Below are positions 57,664-64,000 of a stretch of 64,000 nt of DNA, one piece after another. The position numbers and the translations under genes were made by a program. The first letter of the stretch is position 1; each line of letters opens with the position of its first letter. Origin of the DNA: Thecamonas trahens ATCC 50062 (taxonomy: Eukaryota; Protista; Apusomonadida); NCBI RefSeq assembly GCF_000142905.1, contig NW_013657641.1:68907-132906 (forward strand). The letters run 5' to 3'. Under the pieces are notes generated by a model. It had not been told where the DNA came from. It saw nothing but the letters and a program-made list of their open reading frames with translations, and searched no databases.

Positions 57664-59894
57664 TCACATGGCATTCGCATCTACAACATCGTCTGCTACA
57701 AACTGCTCCAGACGTGCCCGCGCAGCCACAATCTCCTCATCGAGCTCCTCGCGTGTGGCAGCAATCTGCGACTCGAGTGCACGCAGCGCCTGCCGCGCAT
57801 GCTCGCGCTGCGCCTCGCGCTCGGCCTCCAGATCGCATGCAACGCGTTGCGCAGAGTCCAGCTCAGCTCGCGCCTCAAGAAGTGTGTTGAGCGCAAGCGT
57901 CGACTCGCCATCTTGTCCGAGGAACGTCGAGATGGCGACAGACGTCACGCACACGCCCGGCACAACTGCAAAAGTGGACGGGAACGGCCCGAGCGCCGCG
58001 CGGATGAGTTCCTCGCCATCAAACACTACCTTGCGGAACTCAAGCGGCCGGAGCAGCGGCCGGACAGTCCCGCACAGCTGTCGCCGGAGGCTCGCGGCCC
58101 ACTCGGGCTCCGCAAAGAGCCCAAGCAGCGCGTCGCGAGACGCCGCGTCAACCACCACCGAGTAGCCAAAGACCAGGTGTATAAAGACGCGGCAGCCCTC
58201 CGCAGTCGTCATCGGCATCCACTCGCCCATCAGCGCTGCCCCACCGCCCAGCAGTGGCCCCAGTTCAGAGCTCACATGATACGTCTCGCAGCTGGTCTGC
58301 GCCCCGCGTCCGTCGTCGGCCGCTGTCGGCAGCGCCACTCGCACAAGTTCCTCTTCGTACTCTAGCGCGAGTGTCACCGGGCCGAGTTCAACACGCACCG
58401 CCTGCGTGCCCACATTGCGCACGCCAACAGCCACGCCCTCGGGCAAATGCAGGCAAACCGCCTCCCATCGCGTGCTCCGTGCCGTCGTGTACGGCGTCGC
58501 GCCCACATCGTCGCGCTCAGCGAGCTCTTCGTCAGCCGAGAGTGTGTAGAACGGCGAGCCGAGACGCTCGGCGGTGATCCGCCGGATCGTACCGGTCTTG
58601 GCCGTAGCCACGTAGATGCCAGCCTCACTCGCGCTCACGTCAATTGCCCTGTGAACCTCCTGCACCTGCACACCCAACGGTGGAATGTAGTCGACCAGCG
58701 GGCCGTGGGCGAGCCACACCTCACCCACGGGGTGCGCCTCCTCGCCAGCATGCGGCTCGTAAGGTTCGGTCGCCTCAAGCACCAGCGCCTCACCATAGTC
58801 AATGGTGTATGTCATCGCCACACCCGGCGGATCCACCAGCTCCTCGCCAGGCTGGAGGAAGAAGCTCGTCGGGCCGCGCCGCAGCTCGCGCGCGCCCAGC
58901 CGCACCCCGCTCTCGCCCATCGGGTTGGCCACAATGCACCACTCGTTAGCCTCGAGCTCAAGCTTGCACACCACCCGCACAAGCTCCTCGCCGTGGTATG
59001 GCACGTAAGCCACCGCGCCAGAGCCTAGATCGTCCCGCCCGACCGCGAACACCTCGCCAGCCCGTCGGACCACACCCGTCGCATCCTTGCCTGCCACCAC
59101 TGCCCGCAGATGAACCACTGCGTCGCGCGCAATGTCGATCGGTGTCACCCAACTCAGCACCGTGCTCGCCAGCGGCGGGAAGACCTGCCCACTGCCGTCG
59201 GCGGCCGCCAGCAGTTCCTCCACCCCCACCACCGAGACCGCACCCGAAACCACCGACTCACACCGGAGCGCAACCGCCCCGCCGGCGGAGCCAGGGCATC
59301 CAGCGTGGCCACAATCACCAAGTTGTAGTAATCGTCCTCGCTACGGACATCGCTTCGCGGGCCGACCACAACAAACTCGTCCCCGGCCGAGCGTTCGAAG
59401 CCGTCAAACGGATCGGCACCGTCTGCGATCATCCGCACATGCAGCGCGGCGTGAGCCGGAAGCGAGCGCAGCGGCTTGGCCGTCTCGGTCAGAAGCGTCT
59501 CACCGGGATAGAGCACAACGCCTCCGAGCCGAGTCCGCTCCGATCCGGCCACGATAACGGCGACCTTGCCCTCCTCGAGCGCATACATCTTGCCATCACT
59601 CGAGCGCATCGGCCGGCCAGCCACGTCCATCACCACCGGGTTGGAGATCAGAAGATAATGCCCGTGCGGCACTTGGATGTGAGCCACAGGCGCGTCCGTC
59701 ATCGGCCAGAATCGGTCGTCGCTCTCGCCGCCAGCACTGTCCGACAGCGGCACGGTGCCCGGGCCATAGTACACGGTCGTCGTCTCTGTCTCGCCATCAA
59801 ACACCGTCCACGAGTAGCCTGCGGGGATGACATTTGAAAGTGTGCTTGCACATGCTCTTGGCGACGCTGGTGGTGAAGGTGGTGCCACTGGCAT
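57664..59894 (-). CDS. MVP: Major vault protein homologue, divergent, about 743 aa; one -1 frameshift at 59277-59280
   Basis: Vault repeats VPHGHYLLISNPV, LYPGETL, ALHVR, AGDEF...GP, WCIVANP...LG.RELRRGPTSFFLQPGEEL, GEVWLAHGP..DYIPP and GIYV...KTG.IR. Shoulder-like ELGP...TAEGCRVFIHL.FGY. Confidence 0.85.
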
Positions 59895-60206
59895 GTGTCT
59901 GGCGTGGTACTGGCCTCTTCGCGAGACGTGTATCCACCTCGCCTAGCCCAGCGATGCCGCTCGCTCGTCCAACAACTTGTACTCGTTGACTCCATTGAAG
60001 ACCATTCGTGACTTGTCATCCTTCCATTTTGTCGCCATTCAATGATCTCAATGGAACACCACCGGTCCACCCGCTGGCAATGGAAACATTGTCAAACGCC
60101 GCGCAGACGGCGCGCAAGCGACAACCGAGTGGCCACCTGGCGTGACTGGCGGCTGTGGCCGAACCGATGAGAGATTTTACTTTATGCGTACGGTTGTCAA
60201 TGACTA

Positions 60207-63200
60207 CTACGCATGCTTTGGGCGCTTGGACGGGGAGAGGGACTCGATGGGGGTCGCTTGGCGGCGACGCTTGCCACGGACACGCACGGCCTTCGTCATC
60301 GGGACGGTGGTGGGTGCCGCGGCGCCATGGTGCGTGTCGGACGTGTCCGATGACCGATCAGGACGGTCGTTGTGGCAAAAAGTGGTCCACCACTGGAGCT
60401 CGAGCGCCTGCGCAGCGAGCTTCTCGTTGGCGGCGCTGATGAGCTTGGCGCGCCGACTGCGTGTCTCCTTTCCGGCATTGCCAGAGCGTGACGAGGCGGT
60501 GGAGCAAGTGGGAACAACGGTGAGGGTGTTGAGGCCGTGGAAAAGGGTGATGCCCGAGTTGAGCTTGCCGCGGATCAACACGTCGTTCTTGGAGACGCCA
60601 GCGGCGCCCCGCACTGCGTACGCGAGGCCCATGGCCGAGACCGAGCGCGCCCGGTTGACACCGATCATGATGTCGGCGTACTCCGGAGCGAGCTCGTCGC
60701 AGTCGGCAATGGCGTGTGCGATGCCCTCCAGCTCGTCGAGCGACAGGATGTAGCGCGGGTCTTTGACGTGCGCTGTCGTGTTCTCCGCAAACGCCGCCTT
60801 GTTCTGGATAATGTGGATCAGAAGCCCGTCTGAGCGGATGGCCGCTGAGCCGGCCTTGCGTGCCTCGCAGAGAATGGCGGCCTCGAGGCGCTTGACGTTC
60901 TTGAGGAAGGCGAGGAGCGAGATCCGCTCGGTCCCGAGGCGCGAGTCGCGGGCCTGCGCGATGTGAGAGAGGCCAAGGTCGATCAGAGCGCCAAACGCTG
61001 TCGTCCGCGATGGGAGCACCACGCTCTGGCCCAGACTTTCCGACGTCCACTCGTCGACGGCGCACGCCGCAAGGAACGCCGCAAGGGCCTCGGCGTCGTG
61101 GGCTGTCGCCTGGCCGCTCACTGCGAAGAACGCGTCGTCAAGGAGGAGCTGCGTTTTGGCGTTCGTGGCGATGAGGCTCTTAACGCCCTGCAAAGCATCG
61201 GCGTTGGGAGCGAGAAACACGATGGCGTGCTTGGCCAGGAGCTTGGGTCGGCAAGGAGCGCAAGCACGGGTGCTTCGCTGGTGTCGGACACAGCGACGAC
61301 GATTGGAGTGGAGTCGAGCGTGATGCGCTCGGCGAGGCGCTCAAACTCGCCCACCGTCGGCGTCGTCACGCGGAGCTTGCACCGCGTCGCCACCCTCTCT
61401 GCGTTCTTACCATACTCGAGAGTGGTGATGAGGAACTCGGCCGACGCATCGATCTTGACCTTAACCTTGAGTTTGGGCACGGGCCGCGGCGCCGTTGACT
61501 TGGCCTGGCGGGTCATGGCCACCGCCATCGAGGTCACGGCCGCCGACACAATGTGGCGGGCGCCGCCAGGCGCGTCGCGCTCGGTGGCGAACTTGTTCAT
61601 GACGGCGCTGGCGTCGGCTGCAAACCTCTCATCAATCGAGCGCAGGCTCTTCCACGGCTTGGCGTGCTTGTCCGCGTTGATATCTGCGGCGGCCTCGCAC
61701 GCGTCCGCAAGCGGGAGATGCGACCTCTCGACAAACTTGATGAGGTTGTTGCGCAAGGGCGCCACGTATGCCTCGATGGCAGACTTCACGATAGACTTGA
61801 GTCGCGCCATAGCCTCGACGCTAGTTGTCCAAGTCGCGAGGACATCCGTGACCTCGTGCGCGACGTTGGTGTCCAGGGCGAGTGTCACGTTGAGGCGCTC
61901 CAGGTCGCGCTCCAGTGTCTTCTCAATCGCCCCGCAAGTCGCCTCGAACTGCGCCTTGCTGCTCTTGTCCCTGGGCGTGTCCTTCTTTCCAGCAATCACC
62001 CTGCGTGTCATGGACTTGATGGCCTGGCGCGTCTTCTGGAACGACGTTATGATGTAGTGCGCGAGGACGCACTCGATCCTGGTCACTAGCATCGTCGCGT
62101 TTCCGGCGCTGAGGGCTTTGGCCATGTCATCGTGAAGTTTCTCCACCACGAGAACGGCCCAATCGGCGTCAGAGACCTCAGCATTGAGGAACGCAGCATC
62201 GGCTTCTTTTTGGCCGTCGTGCGCTTGCCATTGAGCGCGAGCATGTTGCGTCGAGCATCACAAAGCTGGATGGACGTCTGCCTCCGGCCGCACTCAAAGT
62301 TGTGGAGGCTCATGATGCCGATCAAGTACGAAATGGCCGGACGCATGGCGTCGCCCACGATGCGGCTGGCAGCAACCGTGAGCATCTCCGTGACATACTT
62401 TTGGTACACTTTGGGCCGCGTGAAGAACTCATTGAGCCACTTCCGCTGCTGGATCATAGCGTTGTAAGTCGCCATGTCGAGCTGGCCAAAGCCCTTATGC
62501 TTCAAACCCGCCATCGTGTGATCGTACAGCACAAGTGCAGTGTTCGGCATGACCATGGCCTTGTCCGCAAGAGCCTGGCGGTACGCCACGACGTCGGCGG
62601 CATAGGCCGTCGTTGTGATGGCATCGTCCGTGACCTTATCGCGGATGTGGTGGACAAACTGATCGAGCGCCTGGCGCTCGATCGCCTCACCTGGCGCGCT
62701 TCCCATCGCGTCAAAGTAGTTGACAAAGACCGGCGCGCAGAACGGGTCCTTCGAGTGCGCCATGAGCATGTTCACCACTTTATCGATGCTGGCCTCGCTT
62801 GCCCCGCGCTTCGAGGCGAGGATTACCACATCGACGTCCTTCACCGCGCTCGCCGCCATGTTGTCGTCGGCTGCAGTCATAAATCCGGGAATGTCGACGA
62901 CGTGCACTTTGGGGCCAGTCGCCCACGGCCCAAACACAAAGATCCGCTTCTCTGCGTCTTGCCCATCGGGCGCCCCGTATTCGGCCGACCACTCAACTAG
63001 CACCTTCGGCAGCAAGTAGTACTCAGCGCGCATCACATCATGCGAATCGAGCAGCGTGTTGCCGTCCCAGCACTCGAGTCGAAAGTTGTACCCCTCGCGG
63101 TACTTGAGGACCGTGACGAGCTTGGAGACCGAAGTTGCGCCTGCGCCCGCATTTAGCGGCCACTTGCCCACTTGCCCCGTCCCAAGCTTGTACAGCTCTT

Positions 63201-63690
63201 CCAGAGTCTGGTCTTCGCCTTCGAGCGCGGCGATGATGTCGCTGACTTCATATTCCTCGACCTTGTACTTCTCCACCTTGGCAAGAAGTGGAAGCGGCGA
63301 CACGAGCTCGTTCACGAGGGTCGTCTTACCCAGCCCCGCCTCACCAACAACCGCGATTGTCACCGTCACCGCATCATACTTGTCAGCATTCTTGTGGTAC
63401 TCGCTCTTGAGCTTGTTAAACTTGCTGGTCTCCTTGTCGCCAAGCGGTCCTAAGGCCTCCTCCTCCTTGGCCACCAACCTGTCGCGCGCGCGAAACGCAT
63501 CTGACACCTTTGGCATCACAGACTTGTTCTTCTTCGCAGAGCTTGGCCCAGCGCCGACTGCTTCGGATCCCCACACCCGCTTCCGCCGGCACTTGCGCGC
63601 GGACCGCCGACTTTGCGACGTTGTTGCCGTCGTCGTGGTCGACCCGCGCGGTGGCTCCCAGTCGTCGTCGTTGCTCAGGCCTACCAGCAT
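60207..63690 (-). CDS. Large P-loop GTPase, dynamin-like/TRAFAC N-terminal domain with long helical region, about 1160 aa; two -1 frameshifts near 62150 and 61246
   Basis: G1 IAVVGEAGLGKTTLVNEL, G2-like TSVSKLVTVLKY, G3 VVDIPGF and G4-like FVNYFD. Three consecutive ORFs join by single-base insertions. Confidence 0.65.
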
Positions 63691-64000
63691 GTGTGAGTGT
63701 GAGGGTGCACGGTGGGAGGAAGGGGAAGGGGAGAGAAGGGGACAGAGAAACGCACGCATATGGGTTGGCATGCTTTCCGGACTGCAAGTCGAGTGTGCGT
63801 GGCTACGATGACCGTTGTGTTCCTTGTAGAGTCGACTGATGTTAATGCTCCAGTGGCTAAAGGGTACACAAAACGTCGCACCCGACGTTCCACTTTTTTT
63901 TCTGCGAATACGGCGCGACCAGCCTAGGCCCCCTACCTCCCCCTATCCCCCCCCCATCTACACCTGTGCATGCAGGCGCCAAGTACGTTGTGGGTCAATC

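Overview
This is a GC-rich, gene-dense eukaryotic nuclear scaffold with six N gaps, few spliceosomal GT-AG introns and very short intergenic spacers. The content (mitochondrial FtsZ, cytosolic carboxypeptidase, MAP4K-CNH, YIPF3, vault protein, REJ protein) fits a free-living flagellated protist; an apusomonad such as Thecamonas is my unverified inference. About 30 protein-coding genes are present. Recognisable ones are an SLC25 carrier, C2-myotubularin-FYVE, a REJ membrane protein, NTAQ1, mitochondrial FtsZ, YIPF3, MAP4K, a CCP/AGBL peptidase, XRN2, DBP2/DDX5, HPPD, an I-BAR-IQ-RasGEF-cNMP protein, F-box-ankyrin, enolase, a SUMF-like protein, NDUFS5, a BMT5-like protein, ACSF3, CWC27, DUF4139, a macrodomain, a major vault protein and a dynamin-like GTPase. 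At least ten -1 frameshifts, mostly in short G/C runs, split otherwise intact genes, so the ORF track misleads in several places; homopolymer under-calling is the likeliest cause. The best novelty candidates are (1) the I-BAR/IQ/RasGEF/cNMP signalling protein, (2) a 54-64 kb block holding a divergent cap-truncated vault protein, a macrodomain hydrolase, a DUF4139 protein and a large dynamin-like GTPase, (3) an enolase with a mitochondrial-type presequence, and (4) a plant-type HPPD. No rRNA, tRNA, CRISPR array or recognisable transposase was seen. All family calls come from motif recognition, not database searches.
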